Assembly: GCF_006345805.1 (NCBI RefSeq)
Contig: NC_043004.1
Location: 80,476,001 to 80,540,000 of the forward strand
DNA: 64,000 nt
From: Octopus sinensis
Lineage: Eukaryota
Direction: 5' to 3'
The position numbers and the translations under genes were made by a program. The first letter of the stretch is position 1, and each line of letters starts with the position of its first letter. The notes under the pieces are model-generated. The model did no database searches and had not been told where the DNA came from. It was given only the letters and a program-made list of their open reading frames with translations. Positions 13,336 through 26,324 of this stretch are shown in pieces.

Positions 13336-14294
13336 AAATAGATAGACAAACACATAGAAAGATAGATAGATATACATCCATCCATACATACATACACACA
13401 TACATACATGTAAACAGCGCAACTGGGTTTGTTTAGAAAGGTTATTCGTCACAAGTGCTGATTCTAACATTTACAAGAAGAGAAAAAGCGAGTGACGGGG
13501 GTGTTGGTTAAAAGCTTAATAGAAGGAAAAACAGGCTTTGATTAGCGAAATTAAGCTAGAAGCTAGAATGAGGTTATTAAAAGTGAGCTTGCTACATTAC
13601 GTATATAAATGTGTGTATATATGTGTGTGTGTGTATAAAATGTTCCGATGAACCAGTTAAATAATACGAGCACGTGCTCCGAAGCAACGAAAGGAAGAGA
13701 GGCCGCCAAGGCACTTTTTCCAGCGCCGGGTTCGCCTACGATGCAAATGAGAACATTATTATTATTATTATCTACAAAAACAACTATAAAAATGAAAACG
13801 AAAAGAAAAAAACATCCTACCCATCCCCTCTTGTTTTAGTTACAAAGCAAATTTAGGTTGTTGTAAGTTAGTGTTATGATTGTGTTACTTCCCAACCACA
13901 TGGTTCCGGGTTCAGTCGCACTGCGTGACACCTTGGACAAGTGTCTCCTATGATAGCCCCAGCCCGACCAAAGCCTTGTGAGCGTATTTGGTAAACGGAA
14001 ACTGAAAGAAGTCCGTCATATATATATATATATACACACATATATATTAATGTGCGTTTGTCAGATTAAGTACCTGTTTCGTACTGGGATCGATATAATC
14101 AACTGCCCCCCCCCGCTCCAAAATTTCGGACTTTGTGCCTAGTAGAAAGGAGTATTAAACTATTTACTTTAGTCATTATACAGTGATCACTTGTAAGCTT
14201 TAAATTAATCCCCCAAAAGAAGAGCAAACACAACAACACGTGGACGTGGAACATGCAAAGTATTAGCAGACGCCCAGGGAAGGAAAGAAGCTTG

Positions 14295-14330
14295 GTTTAA
14301 CGTTTCGAGCAGAAGCTCTTCTTCAGAAAC
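14295..14330 (-). ncRNA. Minimal type I hammerhead ribozyme, copy 1 of tandem trimer
   Basis: Minus strand reads GUUU CUGAAGA A GAGC UUCU GCUC GAA ACGU U AAAC: stem I GUUU/AAAC, core CUGANGA, stem II GAGC/GCUC, GAA, palindromic ACGU helix III, GUU cleavage triplet. Confidence 0.8.
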
Positions 14331-14731
14331 AGAGGAAAGTCCAATAGAAAGAAAGACAGAGGAAGAAAATCGCCAACAATTCACATGTGGTTACGTTTTG
14401 ATACACAAACACACACATATATGTATGTATGTGTATATAATATATATATATATATTATATATATATACACACATATATATTAATGTGCGTTTGTCAGATT
14501 AAGTACCTGTTTCGTACTGGGATCGATATAATCAACTGCCCCCCCCCCCCCCGCTCCAAAATTTCGGACTTTGTGCCTAGTAGAAAGGAATATTAAACTA
14601 TTTACTTTAGTCATTATACAGTGATCACTTGTAAGCTTTAATTAATCCCCCAAAAGAAGAGCAAACACAACAACACGTGGACGTGGAACATGCAAAGTAT
14701 TAGCAGACGCCCAGGGAAGGAAAGAAGCTTG

Positions 14732-14767
14732 GTTTAACGTTTCGAGCAGAAGCTCTTCTTCAGAACA
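14732..14767 (-). ncRNA. Minimal type I hammerhead ribozyme, copy 2 of tandem trimer
   Basis: Identical in sequence to 14295-14330. Confidence 0.8.
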
Positions 14768-14869
14768 GAGGAAAGTCCAATAGAAAGAAAGACAGAGGAA
14801 GAAAATCGCCAACAATTCACATGTGGTTACGTTTTGATACACAAACACACACATATATGTATGTATGTG

Positions 14870-14913
<44 letters not shown>

Positions 14914-15179
14914 ACACACATATATATTAATGTGCGTTTGTCAGATTAAGTACCTGTTTCGTACTGGGATCGATATAATCAACTGCCCCCCCCCCCCCCG
15001 CTCCAAAATTTCGGACTTTGTGCCTAGTAGAAAGGAATATTAAACTATTTACTTTAGTCATTATACAGTGATCACTTGTAAGCTTTAAATTAATCCCCCA
15101 AAAGAAGAGCAAACACAACAACACGTGGACGTGGAACATGCAAAGTATTAGCAGACGCCCAGGGAAGGAAAGAAGCTTG

Positions 15180-15215
15180 GTTTAACGTTTCGAGCAGAAG
15201 CTCTTCTTCAGAACA
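15180..15215 (-). ncRNA. Minimal type I hammerhead ribozyme, copy 3 of tandem trimer
   Basis: Identical in sequence to 14295-14330. Confidence 0.8.
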
Positions 15216-15317
15216 GAGGAAAGTCCAATAGAAAGAAAGACAGAGGAAGAAAATCGCCAACAATTCACATGTGGTTACGTTTTGATACACAAACACACAC
15301 ATATATGTATGTATGTG

Positions 15318-15362
<45 letters not shown>

Positions 15363-15403
15363 AGTTGCATAAGAGTGGTTTTATCTCTAATTCATATTTT
15401 ATA

Positions 15404-15451
<48 letters not shown>

Positions 15452-16479
15452 CAGGATCTCGTCAGCGTATCTGTCACTGTTATTAAAAATATTGCATTTA
15501 TGAGAGCCGAAGACTCTTGTGCATTCATTCTAACATATCAAGAACGGAAAATTATAGTTTGGAAATCTTTTAAAGCCATAATTATGTCAAAATATTTTTC
15601 ATAAAATGGAAACATAATATTTTGTCGTAAATGTTTCTCTATGCGTCGTCTGTTTGTGTGTGTGTCAAGAAATTTGTTTCTTTTTTTTTTTCGGAATTTA
15701 CATGTGTAATATGTGGATAACTGTGTGTGTGTGTGTTTAGATGTCATTAGATGATTTTTCGCTTCAGTGTTTGCTATATTTCATAAAACTGAACTGTTTA
15801 ATACGCGGACTGAACAAATGAGAGAACGTCTGCTTAGCCTCGCTTGACATTCGCAAGAAAATGGCGGCGATCTCTCGCAAATTACAGACGACATGTCTTT
15901 AAAAGGGAAAGACACAAGGGGCAAATTAAAAGTAATGTAAATTCCCCGGACTTAGGGTCTTTTAAGTGACGAAAGGTTTTGCGCAGCGCCAATCCCATTC
16001 TCTGAACAAGCATTTCCCCCACAAAATGAAGTTGTTTATTGGTTGCAAACGAAATCTTACGTGTTACACCATACCAGAGTTTTCTTTTTCCTGAAGAGAG
16101 ATGTCCAATCAAAGACGAGATACGTGGCTGCTTGGTAAGAAGCTTGCCTCCCTACCACATGGTTCCGGGTTCAGTCCTACAGCGTGACACCTTGGGCAAG
16201 TGTCTTTTGGTATGGCCTCGGGCCGACCCAAGCCTTGTAAGTGGATTTGGTAGACGGAAACTGAAAGAAGCTTGACATGTGCGTGCATGTACCTTTATGT
16301 CTATTTTTGTCCGCCCGTCATCGCTTGACAACAGATGTTGTGTTTACTTCCCCGTAACTTAACGGTTCGGCACATGAGACCAACAAAATAAGTACTAGGC
16401 TTAAACAATGAGTCCAGGTGTCGAATTGTTCGCCTAAAAAATTTCAAGCCGGTACTCCAGCATCGCCGTAGTCAGATGT

Positions 16480-16865
16480 GGAGGAAGCACTCCGTCGGTT
16501 ACGACGACGAGGGTTCCGGTTGATCCGAATCAACGGAACAGCCTGCTCGTGAAATTAACGTGTAAGTGTATGAGCACTCCACAGATACGTGCACCCTTAA
16601 CGTAGTTCTCGGGGATATTCAGCGTGACACAGAGAGTGACAAGGCCGGCCCTTTGAAATACAGGCTCAACAGAAACAGGAAGTAAGAGTGAGAGAAAGTT
16701 GTGGTGAAAGAGTACAGCAGGGATCTCCACCATCCCCTGCCGGAGCCTCGTGGAGCTTTAGGTGTTTTCGCTCAATAAACACTCACAACGCCCGGTCTGG
16801 GAATCGAAACCGCGATCCTATGACCGCGAGTCCGCTGCCCTAACCACTGGGCCATTGCGCCTCCA
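16480..16865 (-). mobile_element. SINE family C copy nested in the tail of a family B copy, 14-bp TSD
   Basis: TSD ccgtagtcagatgt at 16466-16479 and 16866-16879. Confidence 0.9.
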
Positions 16866-18505
16866 CCGTAGTCAGATGTATGAAACGAGTAAAAGAATAA
16901 AAGAATGATTCAATGTCAACTGTCGGATGGCCGTTGGCCCTTCTTTTAACAGGTTTTGTTAATTTTGTCCTGCAGGGCCTCCAATGAAAACCACCATTCT
17001 TACTAAGCAGGCTTGGTTAAAGTTGTCGATTTAGTCGCCATTGGTCCGACCGTGCGACAATTTGTACTAATTTGCATGTTGTCAGTATTGCTAAGATCTC
17101 ACTTATTGATTTCAAATTGTGTCACAATTTCGGGGAGGGGAGTAAACTGATTACATTGACCCCAGTATGCAACTGCTATTTTTAAAAATTTTTGTCGATC
17201 TCGAAAAGATGAAAGGCAAAGTCGACCTCGGCGGATTTTGAACTCTGAACCGCGTGATAACGATTGTGCCAGCTCGCAGCCTTTTTTTTTTTTTTACCCA
17301 AAGACCAGCGAGTTCAGGGAATGGGGTAAGCCGATCACATCGATCTCAGTACTCAATTGGTATTTATTTTATCGGACCTGAAAGGATGAAAGGCAAAGTC
17401 AACCGCGGCGGACTTGGAACTCAGAACTCGAAAACGGCGAAATGTCGCTGAACATTTTGACCGACGTGCTATCGATTCTGCCAGCTCACGGCCTTACAGT
17501 GACCTTATATATTGCAATGTACATGCATATTCGCATAATCAATACATATATTCACGTAATCATAACCTCAAATTAATCTCAGGTTACCCTAATCACTTCT
17601 CTCCTACCGCATCATACACCAATTACCTCCAATTTCGGCTCTACTTCTTCACAAACCCCACCTTTATTTCTGCAACTTTCGTTTATTGTGATTTCCACCG
17701 CGTCTACTTACTATCTCCACCTTTTAACTTATTCACTTCTTTCTCCCTTCCACCCAAATTTACTTTACTATTCCATCAATTTTCCTTTGACTAAAACTTT
17801 AAAGTTTTTCACATCACCAACGTCAACCGATCTCTCCTAATTACCAAACTTTATTAAAACTAATTTTCCTCTCTCTATCTCTTTTTCTCTCTCCACAAAT
17901 ACGATCAATGATTTTCTTTTCCGTCTCATTCTGATAAACTAAACAACAAAAAACGTGTCTGCTTCATACCAGTCAAGAGAAGGAGTGTCAGAATGGTGTC
18001 CATGTTAATAGTAACCTTTTTTTGTGTGCGTCGCCATTATCATGTCCCTCCGTGGATTTGGCGGAACATCTAACAACGTCTCTGAGATGATTGAGATATG
18101 AAAAACAAATCAATCAATATAACAAATATTAACCTGTCTCACAAAGATAAATGGATTAATCGATTATCCTTTAAGACTCGGCCTGAAACCCGAGATCTAA
18201 CAAACCAGGACAGACCCTCACCAACCTCCCGACCCTATGTTTTTGCCCTTGTTATGTTAAAAGACTTAATACAGTGGCTTTACACACACAGTTTGGTGTA
18301 TTTGCTCTTGCTCGCAAGCGCTCTGTCTATCTCTCTCTCGCTCTTCTTTCCTATCTCCCTCGCTTTGTATATCTTTCTTTTCTCTCTTTGTATGTATGTG
18401 TGTTATGTGTATGTATATATATATATAATATATATATATAATATATATATATTATATATATATATATTTATATATATATATATATATATTTATATATAAT
18501 ATATA

Positions 18506-18588
<83 letters not shown>

Positions 18589-19296
18589 CTCTCACTCTCA
18601 TTTGATAAATCTCAAATCTTAAAGAGGCTCATTGTTTTCTAATTTACTACAAGCAAAAATTAATGTTTTACATCGTAGCAACGGCGCCCAAACCTCATTC
18701 GTTACGCAACATCTGGCAGATTGTAGGGAAAAAAAAACAACTAATTAATTAGTTACGAGCACGGTTATGGCAGATAAGACAGGGATTAGCAATGGGTGCA
18801 GGTATAGTTGGTCGTATGGTTACGAAGTTCGCTTTTTCAATCACGTGGTCCGGATTCACTTCGTTTATGCGCCTCCTGTGTCTCGTGCATAAACGAGAGT
18901 GTTTTGTGCTTCCTTGCTTGAGTGTCTTTAGCGGGATTCACTTTCTTGCAAGAACCCGTATCCAGTCCTCGGTCGCAGAATCACTTTTTCCTGTGTCTGC
19001 CAATCACAGCGTCTATATAGGTGCTGCTTTTCTTTCCCTTGTTCAAGTTCATCATCGTCATCGCCATCATTTTTAGAGCTCTCCTTTGTTACGGTGGACT
19101 TTTGGACTTTCTCCGGCTGGATGCTCTTCTTGCCGCCAACCTTCATGTATTTCCGAGCAAGATGAAAAGCATGGGTGAACTTTTTTTTTTCACGGAAAAC
19201 CGAAAACGAGAGACACTGCTTATATGTCGGTGAAACTCTTTTATAACTGCCTTGTGAAGGAAACGCGCGCCCTTACACACATACAGACACGATGTT

Positions 19297-19339
<43 letters not shown>

Positions 19340-19585
19340 TTTTTCTCTCCTTGTTTTTTCTGTGTCCCTTTCTGTAGAAGAGCGTAGGCTCGAAACATAA
19401 AAGACTTTTTCTAATCCTGAGCGTTATACTGATACATCTGTTTGTTTTGTACACCACATGTCTTCGTCTTTTGTTTTTTTTTCGTAAACTCTCCCTATAT
19501 ATATATATATATATATCAGCGTGTTTATATATATATATATATATATATATGCGTGTATATATGTGTGTGTATATATATATATATA

Positions 19586-19627
<42 letters not shown>

Positions 19628-20878
19628 CCATACATACACGGATGTAGATGAACTCTTTGTATGTCTATGCATATATATATATACCTATAGTGTTACGAAA
19701 CTCATCCAGGGTGTTCGCAGTCGAACTGAACTCGGAACCATGTGGTTCAGAAACAAACCTCTTAAAACCAAACGATCACGTATATTATATTATATTATAT
19801 TATATATTATAATATTATCGTAAGTTATTCAAAAAGAAAAGAAACGAAGAAAAAAAAACGGAAACACAAAAGACACCCACCCCCTTTTTCCCCCCTCCGC
19901 CACCCCCAAAATTGTAAAATGCTCTTCAAGTATTTGAAGAACGGTTTGTGCTATATGTGAAGAGGGCGGGTAAGAGTAGTTGATGATGTAATGAGAGAAC
20001 TTGGAATGGAAACGAGTTGGTGGTGGTGGCGGTGGAATAATATCACGTGATTTGTTTACATAGTGTAATACAGGGTCGTTAATTTCTGTGAAATATTATA
20101 TCGTGGGAGTTTAGTGATCAAGAAAAAAATTCCATTCCGATTCTACGCGCGTGTGTGTGTACATGTCTGTGCCCATGTGTACGTGCAGAGGTGGGGGGTG
20201 CTACCTTTAATCTTTTACTTGTTTCAGTCATTTGCCTTTGGCCATGCTGTAGCACCGCCTTTAGTCGAGCAGATCGCCCCCAGGACTTATTCTTTGAAAG
20301 CCCAGTACTTATTCTATCGGTCTCTTTTGCCGAACCGCTAGCTTACGGGGAGGTAAACACACCAGCATCGGCTGTCAAGCGATGTTGGTGGGATAAATAG
20401 ACACACAAGCGTATATACTCACACACATATATATACATATGTACGACGGGCTTCTTTCAGTTTCCGTCTACCAAATTCACTCTGAAGGCTTTGGTCGGCC
20501 CGAGGCTATAGTAGAAGACACTTGGCCAAAGTGCCACGCAGTGGGACTGAACCCGGAACCATGTGGTTCGTAAGATCCATTCCTGCCTATAGTTAAGTTT
20601 TTTTTTTATAGCCATGTGATTTTGGATTCAGTCCCTCCATGCGGCACCTTGGGCAAGTGTATTCTATTATAGTCTCATACCAACCAAAGCCTTGTGAATG
20701 AGTCTGCTGGTTTGGCAAACGGAGACTGAGAGAAGCCCGATGTATGTGTCTCCGTGCCATAGCGGTAAGTACCGAGGCTGATTCATTCGACTAAAAAAGG
20801 CGGTGCCCCAGCATGGCCGCAGTGTGATGACTGCAACAACTAAAAGATATATATGTATATGTATGTATATATGTATAT

Positions 20879-20948
<70 letters not shown>

Positions 20949-21194
20949 GTGTATATATATATAATATGTATGTATATATATATATATATATGTATATGTT
21001 ATATATATATATATGTATATTGGTGCCCCAGCATGGCCGCGGCCTTCGGGCTAAAACATTTTTAAGGATTTATATATATGTTTATATATGTATGTATATA
21101 TAAAAAGTGGAAGAGAAATGCCTTCGTTTCACAGAGTTTAATATATTTTTATAAAGAAATTTTTTAAAATACATAAATATTTTATGGATGTAGT

Positions 21195-21491
21195 GATATC
21201 CTAACCAGAATTTTATTGCCTCTATTCCGTAGTCACATGGAATGTTAGTGTAGAATTTGATGACATCGAAGGAGACTAATAGTGCTTCTTCGTTGGTGGT
21301 TTTTGCTACATGTTCTAGCATGTTCCAGCTCGTCTCTAATGAAACTTCTAATGTATCTGAGGAAAGGTTTCAATAGTATGTCCAGAAAGTTGCTTAGGCG
21401 GTGTGTTTCACAAGGCAGGTGTTGTGATATTTATATATAGACCTGGATTTGATTTGCAGGCATTAGTAATTATTTGACCCTTGTAGATTTT
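21195..21491 (-). mobile_element. Penelope-like element reverse transcriptase remnant (frameshifted)
   Basis: Minus strand, across frame breaks: KIYKGQIITNACKSNPGLYINITTP / PCETHRLSNFLDILLKPFLRYIRSFIRDELE / MLEHVAKTTNEEALLVSFDVIKFYTNIPCDYGIEAIKFWL. Matches the PLE RT pattern PKIHK...THRLS.FLD.LLKP......I.D...LLVSFDV.SLYTNIP...GIEA..FWL. Confidence 0.85.
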
Positions 21492-21769
21492 CATATATAT
21501 ATATATATATCGTTGCTATTATGTAAAAGTGTCGTAAGTTCAAGGCGTGGCGTTTTCAGAAAATGAAAAAAAATGGTTTCACCATTCCATAGCAAAACCG
21601 TTGTACTACACTTTCACAATTTTTGGTATCTTAGCATCTGAAGCAGCTGGAGACACGATAGTTTGACCAAAAGAACTGGTGTGGCAAGCAAAAATAAATA
21701 TTGAAAAAAAAAAAAAAAAAAACGAATTTGGCCAAATTTAGTCATACGATAGTTCAACATAATAGCAAC

Positions 21770-21803
<34 letters not shown>

Positions 21804-22073
21804 CATACATTCATACATATATATATATATATACAACATACATTATATATATATATATGTATGTATATATATATATGTATATATTATATATGTATGTATG
21901 TATATATGTATGTATGTATATATATATGTATATGTATGTATATATATATGTATGTATATATATATGTATTATATATATATATGTATGTATATATATATAT
22001 GCATGTATGTATATATATATATACATATATATATATATGTATGTATATATATATATATACATATATATATATG

Positions 22074-22114
<41 letters not shown>

Positions 22115-22240
22115 TGTATATATATATATGTATATATATATGTATGTATATATATATATATGTATATATATGTATATGTATATATATATATTATATATAT
22201 ATAATATATATATATATGTATAATATATATATATATAATG

Positions 22241-22271
<31 letters not shown>

Positions 22272-22312
22272 GTATATATATATATATTATATATATATAT
22301 ATATCTATATAG

Positions 22313-22350
<38 letters not shown>
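21770..22350. repeat. Long degenerate (TA)/(TATG) microsatellite (similar tracts at 3.4-3.7, 18.4-18.6, 19.5, 20.9, 45.4-45.9 and 51.5-52.2 kb)
   Basis: Directly visible; the source of the Y/I-rich pseudo-ORFs. Confidence 0.95.
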
Positions 22351-22354
<4 letters not shown>

Positions 22355-22594
22355 CTATTTTATTAAATCTGAAGAAAATGTTCACGATCTGTGATAACGC
22401 TACGATGCGTTACTGGTTGTCCTGATTTCAAGAATGAAATGGTAATTCCATTTCCATCTCTTGTATTGTTTAACACTGTAAATACAATCAACGCTAGAAG
22501 ACCCGGTTCCTGCAAATACCATTTCTTAAACGATGGGCATCGCTTTATCTAACACCAGCCTCCGGCTTCATTTCCTCTTGTCAGTGATTTCTCT

Positions 22595-22657
<63 letters not shown>

Positions 22658-22744
22658 TTTGCATTAAAATGGCTTCCATTAGTAATGTGTCTGTATGTGT
22701 GTGTATGTATTTATTTCTCTCTCCCTGTCTATACATGTTTGTTA

Positions 22745-22796
<52 letters not shown>

Positions 22797-22984
22797 GTTC
22801 GTAGATGCATTTGTGTGGGTGGGTGGGTGCTTATTTCTCTCTGTTTTCCTGTGTGTGTATATATCTTTCCCAACCTATCTCTCCATCTCTTAATGTATCT
22901 GTACGTGTATATTTATGACATTGCGAATGTATATGTATACCTATTACTGTCTGTCTCTGTATATATTTGTTTCTTTCTCAAATT

Positions 22985-23018
<34 letters not shown>

Positions 23019-24617
23019 TTCTGTTTGCGTGTATGTCTGTATATGTATGTAACATATAAGTCGTTTATTTTTTGTTTGAAAGTGTGTGTATGTATTTAGC
23101 ATTTTCTTATTAGGTGTGTTTGTGACTCTGTGTGTATGCGTGTGGTGCTTCTGATTACGTGCGTGCGTTCGTGCGTGTATTTTTGTTAGTGTATATGAAT
23201 TACGTATATTTGACGCCGATTCGCGACGAACTTCAGTTTTTCTTTCTGGCAATTCCACTCAAAACGAATTAGTGAACGTGCTGCAATGGAAGACATCAGC
23301 CGACAGCGTCCAAGCCGTTTGGATCGAACCGCTAACCGCATGGTTCTGAAGCGAACGTCTTAAACACGCAGCCATGCCTGTGCTTACACATAATCTGTTT
23401 CGTGCGCGCGAACGCAGGCGCACAAATTAGCAAAAGTATTTTGCGTGTGACGGCATGTTCAGTGTGTATGCGCCCGTGTGTGCATATATATCCGAGCCCA
23501 CATGCGTTTTGCCTGGATCTTTTTTTTTAAAGTAATTTTTTTCTCTTCTCAATTTCTAGACTTTTCTCTGATAACTGAAGAAGTACTTTGTCCGAAACGT
23601 ATTAACTTAGACTCTTTCAGCATCAACCTAGTTATTAGCTGTGAACTTTCATATACTTTTGTTTTCATTATTTGTGTGTATATGTATGTATATATACACA
23701 TATATATGTGTGTATGTGTATACGGTATATAGTTGAAACTCCTTTTCACCTCCCCTGTTTCCTTTATGTCTTTGCTTCTCTATTTCTCTTTCTCTCTCTC
23801 TCTCTCTCCTCTCTCTCACGCACACACACATGCATGTGCGTGTATACACGTGCTCCCACCATATTCCCACACCTATAAGCGTCATATCATCATCATCATC
23901 ATCAGCTGCAACAGCATTATCACCATCATTATTATTATTATTGCTGGCCAGCTACATGATCCTTAACTCGGCTCATAAGTTTTTAGGCCAATTTCTCATG
24001 TACAAATTCACCGCCCCTATATCCCTCCCTCCACCACCACCACCACCACCACCCCTTCTAAAATGTCATTCTCTCTTTTAATTAACCTGTCTATCATCCA
24101 AGTTATGTTGGGATTTTACATATAACTCCATAACTTCCCAAAGGAGCTTGCTACGGTTCAGTTGTCAAACTTAGAGCAATCATCGACCCAACCACCCGCC
24201 TTATACAAGAAATTCTAAGAAATTATTATTATCATTATTTTTATTCCAAAATTCCACAAGTCTCCTACGCTGAAGGAAAGGGCGAGAGTTGGGTTTGGGG
24301 ATCTTTATAGAGAGTAAAGTAAGATGGTGAAAGAGAATTGTGTGTGTGTGTGTGTGTGTGTGCTTAAATAGTACCACCTTCGTTAGCACGCCGGGTGAAA
24401 TGCTTAGCAGTATTTCTTCTGCCTTTATGTTCTGAGTTCAAATTCCACCGAGGTCGACTTTGCCTTTCATCCTTTCAGGGTCGATGAAATAAGTACCAGT
24501 TGTGCACTGGGGTCAATGTAATCGATTTCCCCCACCACCACCACCACCAAAAAATTGCTTGCCTTATAGCTAAGTCGATTAGTTTTGCCTTCCTACCACC
24601 ACCCCCAGTACTCAACT

Positions 24618-24810
24618 GGAGAAATTGGGATTGACTTGAGGGTAGATCATGCTCAGTAAACGGCTTTATTGTGGACAGCGGGGATATTGGTTCTTGGATG
24701 TTGAGCATTGTGGGGAGGGACCCTGTGAGAACCTTGACGACAGATTGTTGTCCGCTCTTACGAAATTAGCCGAAGCAAGTATAATCAAGAACTCTGAGAA
24801 GTGAAATGAT
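24618..24810 (+). mobile_element. 3' remnant of an RLE-type non-LTR retrotransposon (R4/Dong/NeSL-like C-terminus plus probable 3' UTR)
   Basis: GEIGIDLRVDHAQ*TALLWTAGILVLGC* resembles the terminal Q-K-T-A-L-L-G-T-A-R-I-L motif of these ORFs. Confidence 0.5.
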
Positions 24811-25771
24811 AATCTTTTCTACTCTAGGTACGAAACCCGAAATTTTGGGGGAGGGGGCTAGTCGATTAGAGTGACACCAGTACGCAACTGGTACTTAATT
24901 TATCGAACGCGAAAAGATAAAAGGCAAAGTCAACCGTGGCAGAATTTGAACTTAGAACGTAAAGACAAGATGAAAGAAGTGAAATGATAATGACATGTTA
25001 AAGAAAGTAACCAGTGATGAATACAAGAAGAAGAATGATTTTGTGAAATATGCTGGCTGTTAATACATGATGTGGTCTGTGTGTATGTGTGTGTGTGTGT
25101 GTGGTGTGTGTGTGTGTGTGACATTCAAATTAATGTAAAGGTTGTTGCAGGCCAATAAAGATTTGAGCTAAAACAATGTCAGTTATATTATAGAATGTTG
25201 AACTTCTAACAAGTGTTGACACAGGACTGACGATGCGGCACTAAGTTAAACTATTATAGAATCCCAAGGCATCTACCCCATTACAAGCTTGGGAAATTAA
25301 AAGAATTAAAACTAATAATGGTTTTAAAAGCAAATCTCTTTCTCTTTCTCTCTGCCTGTCTTTCTCTTCCACCTCGCCACGCACAGACACATTTATTTTA
25401 CTGTGGACAATATAAAAGTTTACATTTTACGAAGGTTACCCAAAAACTGGTGGACCTGTTTTGTCTCCTGGTTTAACAGCACACTTACTTCCGCCAAGGT
25501 GAACTTAGTAACTTGCATCCTTTCAAGTGGCAATAAAATAAATACCAGTTGAGTTTTGGGGTCGATGTAATCGACTATTTCCCTCACTCACTTCGAAATT
25601 GCTGGCCTTGTACCAAAATTTGAAATCATCATCATCATTGTTATTCAGTAGTCTTATTTTTATCACATCCTTTCTCTGCACAACCAAGCACAGCTCTGTG
25701 TGCCTTGGCTGTGTGCTGTGGTGCTCTTACTTTTACTGTATTGAAAGTGTTTTACGTAGGATGTGTGCTAG

Positions 25772-25806
<35 letters not shown>

Positions 25807-25807
<1 letters not shown>

Positions 25808-26167
25808 GTCACCTCCGTCTTAGTGAAGGCGGAGGTGTTGTTTCAGTCACGTTTGTTTGTTTGTCATTGGACAAGATATCTCAAGAACCGCTGGATGGAT
25901 TTGAGAGAATCTTTCAGAGATGCTTGGCCTCGTGACTTGACACGAAATGGTTAGATTTTGGGATCGGTGTCGGACAAGGATTTTGGATTATTTTTCCCGT
26001 TTTTTCACTTAATTTTTAAGAGCGGTTGGGTTCATTTTTAGTATTCTCGTTTGTGAGAGCAGTCGAGTTTATTTCAGATATTCTCATTAAAAAAAATATC
26101 GTCTCTAGCTAATCGTTGAGAGGATGTTGGTGTTGCCTTGGCGGAGGTTTGCGCTGTCTGAGTGCTC

Positions 26168-26169
<2 letters not shown>
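25807..26169 (+). mobile_element. Helentron-associated non-autonomous element (HINE/DINE-1-like)
   Basis: 5' palindrome CACCTCCGTC..AAGGCGGAGGTG, (GTTT)n, 3' sub-terminal GGCGGAGGT and short GCGCT..AGTGC hairpin; inserted in an (ATT)n tract. Confidence 0.65.
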
Positions 26170-26216
<47 letters not shown>

Positions 26217-26217
<1 letters not shown>

Positions 26218-26301
26218 GAGTGAGAGAGCAGCGCATGCCATCGAAGTGACACTGGGGTAAAATATACGAAGCCTAGTATACCCATCATGACTACCCGTCT
26301 G
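26217..26301 (-). mobile_element. Short non-repetitive block embedded in (AAT)n on both sides; possible 3' end of a microsatellite-targeting non-LTR element
   Basis: Minus strand ...gatggcatgcgctgctctctcactc followed directly by (AAT)n, with (ATT)n on the other flank. Confidence 0.35.
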
Positions 26302-26324
26302 ATAAGGGTACACTAGGCACATTA

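Larger units (their letters stand above)
14030..15360. repeat. Three near-identical head-to-tail copies of a ~433-447 bp unit separated by (TA)/(CA) tracts
   Basis: The anchor taatgtgcgtttgtcag recurs at 14048, 14481 and 14928. The differences I could see are poly-C and TA tract lengths and one G/A substitution (aaggagtatt vs aaggaatatt). Confidence 0.95.

Noticed and set aside
14030-15360. CRISPR-like array interpretation of the tandem units
   Set aside because: Eukaryotic context, ~440-bp identical units with no unique spacers, and no cas genes.
15862-15902. AAAATGGCGGCG as a gene start
   Set aside because: The frame closes after 13 codons; it matches a YY1-type motif, but there is no other promoter evidence.
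21701-22425. Long Y/I-rich ORFs up to 216 aa (also at 3.2-3.9, 19.1-19.6, 45.5-45.9 and 51.4-52.5 kb)
   Set aside because: (TA)n-derived; stop codons are simply rare in these repeats.
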